A stretch of DNA of 64,000 nucleotides from a virus, in the IMG/VR virus record IMGVR_UViG_3300034082_001419, positions 1 to 64,000 of that record, one strand, 5' to 3'. Positions 17,550 to 30,600 of the stretch are shown piece after piece; position 1 is the stretch's first letter; each line of letters starts with the position of its first letter. The translations under genes were made by a program, and so were the position numbers. A model generated the notes under the pieces. That model saw only the letters and a program-made list of their open reading frames with translations, was not told where the DNA came from and did not search any database.

Positions 17550-20500
17550 TTATTTTAATATTGTTGCATTAAATGATTTAACTGCAGCTGCAGGATCAAA
17601 GTTATAACCAGAGAAACCCATTAGTTTTAAAAAGTATGCCCAAGATTTATTATCACCTTTATTCCACACACCTTCATTTCTTTGATAGTTTAACTTTTCA
17701 GGATCCCATGTTAAGAAAAACTGATTAATAAATTTTGTCATTCTTTCAATTGAACTTACCATTGCAGTAGGAGATTTAACAGTACGATATGCATCAGGAG
17801 GAGATAAGTATGATGCTGTCTCAGAATTCATTCTTGTTATCTCATATAACATAAAATTGTATGCATAAGTATCATCATCATCATCACCAAACATTTTTGT
17901 TAAAATAAGTATCATTGCTGACGTACCTAGTATAATTGCTGCTTCAGCTAATGTTCTTTTAATTTGTGCTTTTTCAAATGGAGTATAAGTTGCCCAGTTT
18001 TTTAAAACATTTAATTTCATTTTAAATAAATCTTTCATCATTGTATGGTAAAATGTCATATAATACCCTTCAACTGCACTACCTAACTCTTGATCAGCTT
18101 GTAATCCTCCCCATCTTCTTTTATATCCCGGTATAAGATGTTTTCTATACATTAATACTAATCTACCTACTGAATACCTTTGTGCTGTACCTTTATCAAA
18201 TTCATTATAAACCCCATGTAATTTCTTACTTATAGCATGCATTCTATTTTGTAAGTCAAGTCTTTTAGTATTTGTAAAATCTGTATGTTGTTCAATTTCT
18301 TTTACTCCATATTTAGTATATGCATCAAGTAATGATATTTCTTCACCAGATACATTATCTTTTACTTTAGTAGCATTCATTAAAGCAAACATTCCTGATA
18401 CTTGTATTTCATGTTCACCAAAGTGCTGATTAAAGAATAATGTATCTGTTCTCATTAACTTAGCAAATGTACTTGGTGATACATTTCTACCATATTGATC
18501 TTTAAAGTTACCTTGCATTGGATCATATAGTCTTATCAATCTACCAACTAATGATTGTGGTGTTGTTTTACCAAAGTCAGATAAAAAGTTTACTAAATTT
18601 TTTGCATAGTATGCTTTACCTATTCTTAAATCTTTTCTGCTGAAAAACTCAGCTGAGTTTGCTTCAATAATTAATTGGATATTACCTTGTAAGTTATTTG
18701 CTACACCTTTTAGTAAATCCGCTGCAATACTTGTTAAAGCAGAATAACCCATTAATCCATTTGTAATCTTAGCAGCTGAGAATCCAAATATTTCTTGAGC
18801 TTTTTGAGTTTCATTGAAAACAATCATATCAATAAAAGCATCTACATGTTTTTCAGCATAACTTTCACCACTTTTTTTGATAAAAGACTTAATACCTAAT
18901 TTATTTGCAAAAGCATCAAGTTTAGCAACCCCTTTAGAATTTGTTTCAGCAACATCTCTATCACCAATAATTACTTTAAAAAGATTTATTTCTGACTCAA
19001 TATTATTTAATGCTTCATATCTATTTGCCATTGAACTAAAAAGTAATACTGATCTTACTAAATCTGTACTTACTTCATCAGCATCCATATCTTGAGTATA
19101 ATAAACTGGTAAGAATTTTTTATCACCTTCAGAGAAATCTGCAATACCAAATCTAGTATCATCTGCTCTTATTGAAGTTGCATCTTTCCATGTATCTTTT
19201 AATACACCTTTGACATCTCTTCTTTCTTTAAGTTCTTTATGAATTGATGGTAATATGTATCCTCTCTTTTGTGCATCAGGTAATTTCTCTTGTGCTGTAA
19301 GATAAAGATTTAATAGATATTGATGATACTCCCCTTTTGCATTTTTAGGTTTATCATTACTATCATATAAATCTGTCCATTTACTATTAATATAATCTTT
19401 GGAAGGTTCACTGAACTCTCTCATGTATACTTTTGTACCATCATTTTTAATAAGTAAAACAGATTTGTGCCACTCATCATATTCTTTCTCTGTTAATACA
19501 CCTGCAGTTTTAAGTTTATCTTTTTCTGCAATAATTTTATCTATCTCTTCATCACTTTTCTTTTGAGCATTTTTAGCATACCACTCAGCCATGATAGTTT
19601 TTTTATTTGCATCATGGTTTGCTTTAGCTTTTAACTCTTCTCTTGTAGGATTTTCACTTAATATTGGTCCTTGCCATGCATCACGTTCAGCAGTATGATA
19701 TTTACTCATATCATATTTTTGAACAAAGGCTTTTCTCTTAGCCATAACCTTATTACCTTGTTTATCTTTACTATGAACCATTAAATCTTCATAGATACCT
19801 TCATTAAACTTAGCAGGATTATCTCTATTTGCAGCAGTAGCAGCATTATATTTATCAAACTCTTTACCAGCAATTTCTAATATATCATCATCTTTTAATC
19901 TTGCACCTTCTAATTCAGTTTTAATTACTCTTGCAAACAAACCTAAAGAAGCATCTTTAGAAGATATTAGTGGGCTAAACCAAAAATCAAGCATACCTTC
20001 ATCTTCAGATGCAAATTTTAATAGATCTTCCATTGACTCTTGAGTAAGTGTAAAAGACTGAAATTTTCTTATTCTATTAGTAAGTCTTTCTATCTCTTTC
20101 TCATTAGGTTTTGTTGAGTTTTTTGCTTCAACAAGTTTTTTCATTAATGCTTCAGTTTCTTCTTCAACTTGTTTATCAATACTTAATGATTTATAATTAA
20201 GTAAAAATGAGGCCATTAAAGGAATACCATTTTGAATATATTTTTGTTTAACAGTGTCTCTTAATTCAACAGCTTCTTTTAACATTTTTTTAATTGACTT
20301 TGTATCACCTTCCTGTACTTCATTTGATTCAGAAGAAAAATAATTATAAATGTCTTTTTTACTAATCTCATCTAATATATTATAACCATTAACAAATGTA
20401 TTAATAGCTGTTAACTCTTTAATAATATTCTTTTTAAACTCTGGTGTACCATCATCAACTTTATTAATAGTGGCTTGCATTCTTTTATAAATATCTTGAG

Positions 20501-20870
20501 ACTTATTATAAGTGTCTTTAATAAACATTGTAATTGCATCAATGCCATCTAAAACCTCAAACTCTTTAATAAGATTTTCTTGTTTTTTCTCTTTATATGA
20601 TTGATTAGGTATTTTTTGTTTTTTAAGTGCATCTAGTTGATTTCTTAAATAAACTCTAATATCATCAACCATTTTTGATATATCATCTTTTTTTTCTTCA
20701 GGTTTTAATCCTTCAAGTTCTTCTGGTATATAGTTTATTTCTTCATTTAATATATAACCATTTTCTGGATCATACCACTCTTCATAAGCTTTTTGCTCAT
20801 TTCCATTACTTTTTTCTAGTAAATCAATCCATTGTTTACTAGTTTTAATTGGGCAGCTTATTCTTAACAT
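17550..20870 (-). CDS. Large putative virion (ejected) protein of the RNAP gene block
   Basis: 1106 aa, next to the virion RNAP; hydrophobic stretch near the C-terminus. Role inferred from position. Confidence 0.55.
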   Translation of the reverse strand: MLRISCPIKTSKQWIDLLEKSNGNEQKAYEEWYDPENGYILNEEINYIPEELEGLKPEEKKDDISKMVDDIRVYLRNQLDALKKQKIPNQSYKEKKQENLIKEFEVLDGIDAITMFIKDTYNKSQDIYKRMQATINKVDDGTPEFKKNIIKELTAINTFVNGYNILDEISKKDIYNYFSSESNEVQEGDTKSIKKMLKEAVELRDTVKQKYIQNGIPLMASFLLNYKSLSIDKQVEEETEALMKKLVEAKNSTKPNEKEIERLTNRIRKFQSFTLTQESMEDLLKFASEDEGMLDFWFSPLISSKDASLGLFARVIKTELEGARLKDDDILEIAGKEFDKYNAATAANRDNPAKFNEGIYEDLMVHSKDKQGNKVMAKRKAFVQKYDMSKYHTAERDAWQGPILSENPTREELKAKANHDANKKTIMAEWYAKNAQKKSDEEIDKIIAEKDKLKTAGVLTEKEYDEWHKSVLLIKNDGTKVYMREFSEPSKDYINSKWTDLYDSNDKPKNAKGEYHQYLLNLYLTAQEKLPDAQKRGYILPSIHKELKERRDVKGVLKDTWKDATSIRADDTRFGIADFSEGDKKFLPVYYTQDMDADEVSTDLVRSVLLFSSMANRYEALNNIESEINLFKVIIGDRDVAETNSKGVAKLDAFANKLGIKSFIKKSGESYAEKHVDAFIDMIVFNETQKAQEIFGFSAAKITNGLMGYSALTSIAADLLKGVANNLQGNIQLIIEANSAEFFSRKDLRIGKAYYAKNLVNFLSDFGKTTPQSLVGRLIRLYDPMQGNFKDQYGRNVSPSTFAKLMRTDTLFFNQHFGEHEIQVSGMFALMNATKVKDNVSGEEISLLDAYTKYGVKEIEQHTDFTNTKRLDLQNRMHAISKKLHGVYNEFDKGTAQRYSVGRLVLMYRKHLIPGYKRRWGGLQADQELGSAVEGYYMTFYHTMMKDLFKMKLNVLKNWATYTPFEKAQIKRTLAEAAIILGTSAMILILTKMFGDDDDDTYAYNFMLYEITRMNSETASYLSPPDAYRTVKSPTAMVSSIERMTKFINQFFLTWDPEKLNYQRNEGVWNKGDNKSWAYFLKLMGFSGYNFDPAAAVKSFNATILK

Positions 20871-21598
20871 ATGTTTTTTAATATTTTACCTATTATATTA
20901 TTTAATTCTAATTCAGTAGTTATTCTACCTAGATCATCAAAGATATCATTTATATCAATACCTTTTTCAGCAAGTAATGCCTCAGTATATGGATGCATCA
21001 TTGTATTTCTTACAAAATCATCATATACTTTATTATCATAAGGTACTAAAGATTCTATTGGTTCTACAATTTGCATTGTATCTAGATTAAGGTATCTCTG
21101 TAAAATAAAATTATTACTTGGATCAATTAGATCATATGTACCATTATCATTTAATATTGCTTTTGTACCCTTTATTAAAATAACTTTAGGTTTAGAACCA
21201 GTTTTTTCTAATTCATTTTTATATGCAGTTTGAATAGCATATTCTTCTTCTACTTCTTCAGTTTCACTTACTATTGTTTCTGGATTTGGCTCAAATAACT
21301 CATCAACTTCTTTAGTTTCTTCAATGCTTGTATCTAGTTCACTACTAAGTTCATCATCTAGTTGATTTTGCAACTCTAATGCTTCAGTTACTACTTCTTC
21401 AAATACTCTATCAGATATATCAACTTTAGCTATGTTATCACCAAATTTTTCAACTTTAGATAAGTTACTCCAGCGGTCATTTATCTCTGATGACCGCTTT
21501 TGAGCTTCTTTATATGAATGTGTTGCATCTCTGTATCCTCCTAGTATTTTATCAATACTATTATTTAATTCTTCTTTTATTGCTATTATGCAGGCCAT
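20864..21598 (-). CDS. Hypothetical acidic protein
   Basis: 244-aa ORF in the RNAP block. Confidence 0.6.
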   Translation of the reverse strand: MACIIAIKEELNNSIDKILGGYRDATHSYKEAQKRSSEINDRWSNLSKVEKFGDNIAKVDISDRVFEEVVTEALELQNQLDDELSSELDTSIEETKEVDELFEPNPETIVSETEEVEEEYAIQTAYKNELEKTGSKPKVILIKGTKAILNDNGTYDLIDPSNNFILQRYLNLDTMQIVEPIESLVPYDNKVYDDFVRNTMMHPYTEALLAEKGIDINDIFDDLGRITTELELNNIIGKILKNIC

Positions 21599-21616
21599 AG
21601 TATTAATATTTTTTAA

Positions 21617-24600
21617 TTAGCAAGATTTTTTATATGGTGTTGCTCTATCTAATATAATTTGTTTAGTTTCAGTATTATTAACTGATTCTTTACCTAAATT
21701 AGTTTTTCCTGAACCAAGTATTGTATTATCTGAAAGTATATAATAATTAGAATTGTTAAAGTTAGACATTCTTAGTGTACCATCTTGTAATTCCTTTCTA
21801 ATATTTACTTTATTCATAATAGTTTTATCAGTCAACTCATCACCATTTGCAAAGAACATTTTTCCATCAGGTTTAATAGTAAATGTATATTGATTAATGC
21901 TTATTAATCTATCTTCTACTTTTTCTACTACAACTTCACTTGTCTGTCCATCTGGTACATCTTCAATTACTGGAGCTTGTCTTTTTGCAACTGTTTGTAT
22001 TTTTTCAAGTGCAGGTAAATTTGGATAAATCTTTTTAAGTTCAGCATGTAGTAGAGTTGATAGTTCCTTTCTATTTTTTTCCCATCTGTTTAAATCAAAC
22101 TCAGGCGTACCATATATAGTATTTAGATCTCTGAATTGTTTTTCTACAAGTAGTATTAAATCTTTCATTTTATCAGAGCTCTCAGTAAGAACAGTATCAA
22201 GTACATCTTTACTAACTCTATAATTATTTAGTAAATCCTCAATTTTAATAAATAATGAATTAAATTTACTAGCAGGTATGACTGCTTTAAGTTTTTCATA
22301 AGGTATTTTATAATTATAATCAAGTACTTCACCTACTGGAGTTTCTTCTTGAGCAGGTCTTGTTGCAATAGGTCCTACAATATAATTATTTACATTAGGA
22401 TCATTAGCAATCATCATACGTGCTATCATATTAAATGTAGCAGTATTCATTCCATTTTGGATAAACTTTCTTGATGCTGGTTCAACTATTTCAAAATATG
22501 TAGTATCAGGAAGAACATAACTAAGGCCATATTTAGTATTACCTACTCCATTTTGTAAAATAGACATAAGTGGTAATGTTTTGAACATATCAGATATCTC
22601 TTTATTCTTAACTGGATCTTTTACTTTGATTACATTATCATCAGCAAGATCAATTAAGTTTTGGTGATATGCACTAGCTAATTCACCTTTTACTACAGCT
22701 TTATTATTTAAAGTTAAAACAGATATTTGACTCTTGAATTTTTTAGTTACAGGATCAAATATATTAACAGGTACATCTGTTATTTGTTCTAATACAGAGT
22801 ATAATTCTTTTAAGTGAGTATTTTCACTTAGCATACTCATAAAGTTAGTTACAAATTCTTGATGATCTAGTGATGTTAATGACTCTGGTACGCCAGGATA
22901 AGACTCACCTCTAGTTACTATTTGGTTTAATTTATTTTGGTATATAAAATTAACCAGGGCATTCTTATATGAGGATATAAAATTAGTTACACCTTCAGCA
23001 CCTTCGCCAAATTTAGCAGGAACATTGTTATTTTTAAGGTAATCAAGTAAATAATCAGATACTCTCTTATCATCAGTTAATGGAAATAATGGTTCAACTA
23101 AATCTTCAGTAAGTGTATTATCAAAGAAAGATCCAAGTATAGATTGATTTCTTAGTTTACCTACTAAATCTGTCTCTACTTTAGATGACTCAGCTAACAT
23201 ATCTAATCCAAGACGTTTTTGCATTATCTCTTGAATAGTTTTTGAAGTAGTAGTATCTGGATTTGATTGTCTTTTAAGATCAGCAATACCCTTTATCTGT
23301 TTTTCAAATTCTAAGTAATGTAAGAATGCTGCAATTGCCATTGGACTTGACATATCATTATTTTCAACTATATCTTCTAATTCAGATAGGTTAAATTTAT
23401 CAATACCTTCAGTTGCTGCTAAAGCTACATCTTTATAGTTTGCATTTGATAATGGGTGATAAAACTCATCTGTAGGATCAGCAATTATCTCTTTAAGACC
23501 TTTTGCTATTCTATCTTTATTTGCTTTGTATATAATGTCACTAATATCAGTTTGTCTTAAAGTAGCTTGAAGAGCATTGTATTTTGCACTTTCATCTATA
23601 CCAGTTATTTTTCCTATAAGATTAGCATATGCACTATCATATAATCTTTGTTGATTTGCATATTCTTTTACTAAAGGTTGAGATACAAAGTATATTGCTT
23701 CTCTCTTTGGTACACCAGCTTTAAGTAAGTTTAATAACATTGGTACTATTTCTTTATTAGCTTGAATAAAGAATATCCATGCATCTTTCTCAACATCTAC
23801 AGATCCATTCATCAAGTGTGAAATTAAATCTGCAATCTTATCTTGACCATCTTCACTGTTAATACCTGATAAAGAAATTCTACCATCATCCATTTTATTA
23901 TGAGAAAGTAATAATCTCATTTCATAATTTACATTTGGATCCTCTTCATATTTTTTAGTTTTTTTATTTTTTATTAAACCTTTATATGTTTTTGGAAGAG
24001 CAGCACCTAATGATGTATATAATGGATTTAATGCATTCTCAAGTGCAATAATACCTAATACATCTTTACCAACCATGTTAGCCTCATGCTTATGTAAGTT
24101 ATAACCTACTTCTAATACATTTGTAGGGCTAATAGATTTATATCTACTGTATTCTGGTAGTAAATTTACTAAGTCATCAGCTATATCTTTCATCAAGTAA
24201 GTATCATTAGGTCTTACTAATGTAGCATAGTTATCAGGTAGTTGTAATATACCTCTGATAGAATCAATTAATCTATTTTCTAAAGCCGCTTTTTGTAACT
24301 TGATTAATCTTGTTATATCAGCTTTATCACCTTTCTTTTTAGCTTCAGCAATAAGTTTATCTAAAGCTTCAGTATCTATACTTGACTCAATATAATTACC
24401 TGATGCATCTATATTAGGCATGAAAGTAGTAAGCTTATCAACGTCAAAATCGGCACCTGACTTAGCTACTATTTCTGATGGAGGAATAATGATATTACCT
24501 GCAGCTGGATCCAAGAAATGATATACTTCCATAAACTCCATAGAGTTTAATCCTTGTACTGGGATCCTCACAGCTGTCATAGTGATTGCTTTACGGTTAT

Positions 24601-27600
24601 TACCTTTATTCAACCACTCATCATTCTTGATCATGTCATTTAATCTAACTATTGTACCAATAACTTCTCCGTCATTGTGTTTAAGATTTAAAAGATTATT
24701 AAAGTCACCTTGTAATGCAATAGCAACTTTCATTGCAGTTGTATTACCTGAAACAGATGCAACATTAGGTTTTTTACCATCAATAATTGCTTCTAAATAA
24801 TCTATTTCAATTCTTAAGTTATTTTTGTTAGTATCAGTATAGTATTTTGCTTGATCTGCTAATACTTCTTTTTTATTTTTAAGAGTTTCACTAAGTTTTT
24901 CTTTGCTGTAATCTTTATACTTATTATTAAGATCAATAGACTCTGGATAATAAAATGGTAAGTTATTACTACCTAAGTATTTTTCTATTTCTGCAGTTTG
25001 TGCTTTATCAAATTTAAAACCTGAATCCCACAATCCATTAGACATAGCACTTGCTACTTGTACTAATGCTTCTCCTTTTACTTTTTGTTTTACTATTCTT
25101 TTCTCAACAAGAGATGTAATCATTTTTTCAATGTCTCCTGAAAGTAAGTGTAATGATAAATCTTTTGTAATCTTGTTGTTTGTACCAACTTGAATATAAT
25201 CAATTAAGTGCTCTGGTATTTCTTTTCTTTCAAGTTCTCTTTGAACTACATCCATAAATTTAGATACATCACCACTTACATATTTACCATTTACTTTTTC
25301 ATACCCAATTTCTTCAAGTAATTCTTTTTTAAGAATATCAGTATAATCATCAACAGCTTTTTCATATGCTTTAACATATGATGTATAATCTGAATTTACT
25401 ATTTTACCTTTTTCATATAAACCTTCAAGTATAAGTTTTCTCAACTGAGTTGCAAATACTGTTTTAGATTTATATTTATCTGGTACTGCAGTAACATTCT
25501 TAAGATTCTCTAAATAGATTGTATTTGGAGTAAATTGTATATCTGATTTTAATGTTTTTTCAACACCAGCGTCATCATAAATTTTATCAGCAGCAGCTTT
25601 CCCATCTTCATCTACTTGAGAAGTAACACTACCAACTTTAGATCCTGTTTGAAATGTAAAGTACTGTATGTTATTTTTCATCATTTGATGGTGTAAAGAC
25701 TCTAAGTCAGAACCTTTAAACACAGATGGTATCAATGGCATCAATGCAAACTTATGCATTGCATTAACTGGTAATGTTGTGTTAGCTAAATGACCAAAGT
25801 GTTGTAATTTATATACAGGAAAGAAGTGAGTAATGTCTTCAGCTTTAACTGGTTTATTATTAACTATGTCCTGAAATAATCTTTCTTGATCTGCTGACCA
25901 ACTTTTTTCAGTTAATTTTAAAGTACGGTAAGCATCAAAAGTAATAAAACCTTGACCATCACCTTCTTCCATACCTGAATAAGCTTTTAATTCTTTCTTT
26001 AATCTTTTATCAATTTCTGATTGAGCTAATCCTCTTTTAGCATAGTCATCTCTTAATGCTTTTTCAATATGGTTAACATAGATTGAATTTCTTTTTATAT
26101 CTTGAGCAATTGTAGTATTATAAGTACCATTATAGTTAAAAACATTATAATCAGGTCCAAATTCTGATAAAGTAGCAAGTTTAGCACCATATGATGTACT
26201 TGCAATTAAATCACTGTTAATGAACATTTGAGTATATACATCAGTCATAAAACCTCTACCACCTGAAGTAGAACCTGTATTTCTTTTATGCATTTCTTGT
26301 TTTGCATGATTATATTGTACTATATCACCATATATTAAACTAGCTGTTTCAAAATTATGAATCCATGCATTCATAGTGTGCGCCTTAATAAGCATTTGCT
26401 CTTCATCTTCAGTAGATAACTCAAATTTTTTCAACTTATTATGTAAAGCAGGGTCTATCCATTTAGATTTTTGAAAATCTTTTTGGTTAACATAAGTCTG
26501 ATCATTAAAGTATTTAGTTACTTGCTTAGTAATATCTTCCTTTAACTTAGGATCTGACTCTAAATAATCAATAAGATTACCGTCTTTTACTTTATCAATT
26601 ATTTCATTTTTAGTTTTATCTGTTAATACATTATCAAATGCAGTGAAAAACTCACCAGCCATTCCAATAACTGTTTTACCATCAGCAGATTTAATCTCTC
26701 TATTATAACCTACATACTTTTTATACTCATCTCTATTAGATCTGATTTTTTGTATTCTGATTAACTCAGCTTGTATATAACCTAAAAAGATATTATCTAC
26801 TGCAAACTGATCTGCATTTCCATTAGGAGCAAATTGATCAATATCTACATATAGTTTAAGCTTAGATGACTTCATACCAAATGAAGAAGACTTAGATGCA
26901 TGTCTCATAAATTCTTGAAAACCTGATTTTAACATCATGTTTAATTCTTGAATATATTTACTATGAACATCTAAAGATGTTGTATTTGCACCATCTCCAG
27001 TATCTACCATTTGTGTACCAGATACCATTACAAGGTCTAACTTAGCATTTCTTCTTCTATCCCATGTACCTTCTTGAGCTTCAAATATACTTCTTAGTAA
27101 CTGTGACTGTTCTGTAAATCCATTAATAGTTGGGTTTAAGTAACGCATGTATTTATACTTAGGTTCAAGCCATAAATCTCTACCATTAGATACAGTATTA
27201 ATAGCATCAACAATAAGTGATACTGTGTTATCTTCAATGAACTCATTAACAAGATTCTTCTCAGCATTTAATACACTGAAACTAGCATAGTTTGTACCAA
27301 ATTTACTTTGTAGTCTAGCTAAGTTTTGCATTACTGTTTTTTCACTTTCAACCTTTTTATATATGCCTTCAGGTATTTTACCATATAATGCATCTACTGG
27401 GTTTGCTAAGAACTTATTAATAAATTCTTTTTGATCTTTAGTTGCTTTAGGATCTTTTTGTAATTTATGAATTGCTTTTGTAATATCAAGTAAATAAGGT
27501 ATACCATATTTTTTTGTATTGTTACCTAATTCATCTTTTATACTTTTTAAATCTTGTAAGTCTATACCTAGTGCATTAGCAAAAGCAATTTGTTTTTGTG

Positions 27601-30600
27601 TTGTATCCACATTAGGGAATTCGCTTACTACTTTATCAATTTTTAATACAGATTTATTATCATCAGTTTTACTAATATATTGAGTTTCTGCAGATGAATT
27701 AAAATCACTTTTAAATTTATTTATAATGTTTTTAAACTCAATTGATGCATCAGTTACTTCAGATTTATAACCACCAGTTTCAGCATCCTTATCAACAGTT
27801 AATTGAACATATCTTAACTGAGTCTTTTTAAAGTCTTGCCAGAATGCAGCTTTGATATTAAACTCCTCAATAGTATCAATTGTTCTTGGATTTGGTATTT
27901 TAGTATTAATAAGTTGACGTAACTCAGGATACAATTCTGCACCTGCAACAAGTTTATCATACATTATAGATGGATCTTTTTCACCACCAATTACTTTAGT
28001 AACTATATTCCATGTTTTACTGAAATCAGCAAGCTCAGGAAAACCTAATGGTCCTGTTACTGTATTACCATCAACTTGTTTAAATAAACTTTTTATAATA
28101 TAAAGAGTTTCTTTCTCAGCTAATTGTAGTAAAGATTTTTCACCTACTTCATTTTTTGATACTGCTTCAGATGAATCAACATTTTCTGGTGCACTAACAT
28201 CAGAATCTAATTCTCCCTCTTCCTCAGATATCTCAATATATTTTTGTTTGATTAAATCAAATGTACTATTGTCTTTATGAAATGTAAGTGCAGCATCCCA
28301 ATTATCTAGTGCTGCATTAATGATTCTTATTTTATCATTTAATACTGCTCTTTTATTAAAGTCTTCATCAGGAGTATTATCTAATTCAGCATTAAAGTTT
28401 TCAAGTTTTTTTTCAAATTCTTTTTTTACTTCTTTATATGCAATTGCTCTAGCTTTATCATTTGCTAAAATATAAATAGTACCTGATTTATTTGACTTAA
28501 TAAGATTACCTGCTGCATCTTTAACATTGTTTACACGGGCTTCTTCTCTTTTATTATATACCTGATCAATAAATACAGACAAAGCTGAGTCAAGTTGATT
28601 AGATACTTTAAGACTATCTTGGTAATTTAATACTAATTCTTTTGTCTCTGTATTTACAACTCCTCTAGCTCTGTTTAGTTTATTAAACATTGCATTATCA
28701 ACAAGTGGAGTATACTTGTTTAAAAGTTTAGGATTTTTACTTGCAAAAAATAGTTTCTCAAATAACTCATCTTTAGTATTACGTTTACCAAATAATGCTT
28801 TAATAAAGTTCCAGATTTTTCTGAATAAACTATTTCTTGTTGGTCCATCTTTTATAGTTTTAGGATCTTTTGCATAATCTCTAAAGTCTTCAGCAAGTAT
28901 TTCTTCTACTTCAAGTGGAGAAAGATCATAGTTATTTAATCTTTTTCTTGTCTCAGCATATAACTTAGTCTTTTCATTCTTAGTTAAATATAACTGAGAG
29001 AATGCATGCCAAGATTCATGATATAAATCTACAGCAGAACTACCAGTAGCAGTATCTAATTGTATTGCTGTATCTTCTAATCTTTTACCTGCTATAATAA
29101 ATCTTGCATAAACATCAGAGTTAACAATATTAGCTATGTGCTCAAGTTTAATTAGCTTAGATAATGGAGATGTAGACCACCATTCTTTTGCAGCATCAAT
29201 CTCTTCTTGAGTTACATTATTTGGTAACTTACTAGATCTAGGTAACATAGATAATAAATCATCAATACCTGTATTATCTTCAGTTGTGATTACATCTTTT
29301 GGACTTGTAAATTCTTTATCAGCTTTTACAGTATTTTCTATTTTTTCTTCTTTAGTTTTTTCTTTTTTAACAGCAGTGTAATCAGTTTCACTTACTTGAC
29401 CAATCTTTTTATTGTTTGAATCATATATTGATACTATATTAGTAATCTCAGGAGATATATCACTAACTATAAATGTTAGAGGATCACCTGACTTTATATT
29501 TTTTGTTGATATACCCTTTTCATATCTACCTTCTATAATTACACCATCAATTGTCATTAAAAATGTAGCATCAGTAAGAGACTTGCCACTTAATATAGTA
29601 CCAGATAGTTTGTCATTTACTTTAAGTTTTGCAACTAATTCAGCTTTTCTTATAGCAATACGTGATGTTACATCAGCATTAACTTCTTTTTCAGATTGTC
29701 TAAGACTTTCTATAAAATCATTTGAGACTTGAAATATAAAGTATGGGTTAGTTGTTTCACCTTTTTTAGTAACCGCTTTCTCTGATGTACCAGTAATTTT
29801 TAAGTTTAAATTATAAAGAAATTTTCTATAAGATTGTGCTTCAAGTTTCTTACTTGTAATGTTATATGTATAAAATGGTTTTTCACCAGTTAATAAGGAT
29901 TCATTAAAATTTAAATTAGTAGCAAATGTTTTATCACCACCATCTAATATTGTCTCTTTAAGTAAACTATCAATAATAATTTCTTCAGCATTTTTATCAG
30001 TTAAAATTAATTCTTCAGTAGTTTTAGATACATCAGGATTTGTTCTATATAATATTTTTAATGTATCTGTAGTTTCATTATAGTTTACAAATAGTTTTCT
30101 TCTTTGTGTTGTAATTGCATTTGATGAAAACTGTAAATAAAAATCATTTTTTTGTCTATTAGATAATTTAGGATCTAATAATACAGCTGCAATTTGCTCA
30201 ATATATTCTTTACCTAAGTTAGGTCTATCAATTTTATAAAACACATCACCAATATATACAGCAGCCATTGAGTTTTTATCACCAGCTAATATCTGAATTT
30301 TCATATCTTGATATGGTACTTTAAACTCAGTCAATAATGATTCAAGTGTTGTTGATTCACCAATACTAAATATATCTGCAATACCAGCACTAACTCCTGA
30401 TATATCTAATAGTATACTCTTATCACCAGCACGTACTTTATCTCTTAATGTTTTTAATTCAGTGAAAGCTTCTTGTTGTTGTTTCTCAACTGACTCAAGC
30501 ATTTTTTCATATGTAGTACCTTGTGTTTTTATCCAAGATTCAACACTCATTTTAACTTTATTTGCAGCTCTTTCAATTAAATCTGTAGGAGATAGTATTC

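Noticed and set aside
24740-24945. Possible intein in the RNAP near the catalytic region
   Set aside because: The charged insert-like stretch is short and lacks the Cys/Ser start and His-Asn end of an intein.
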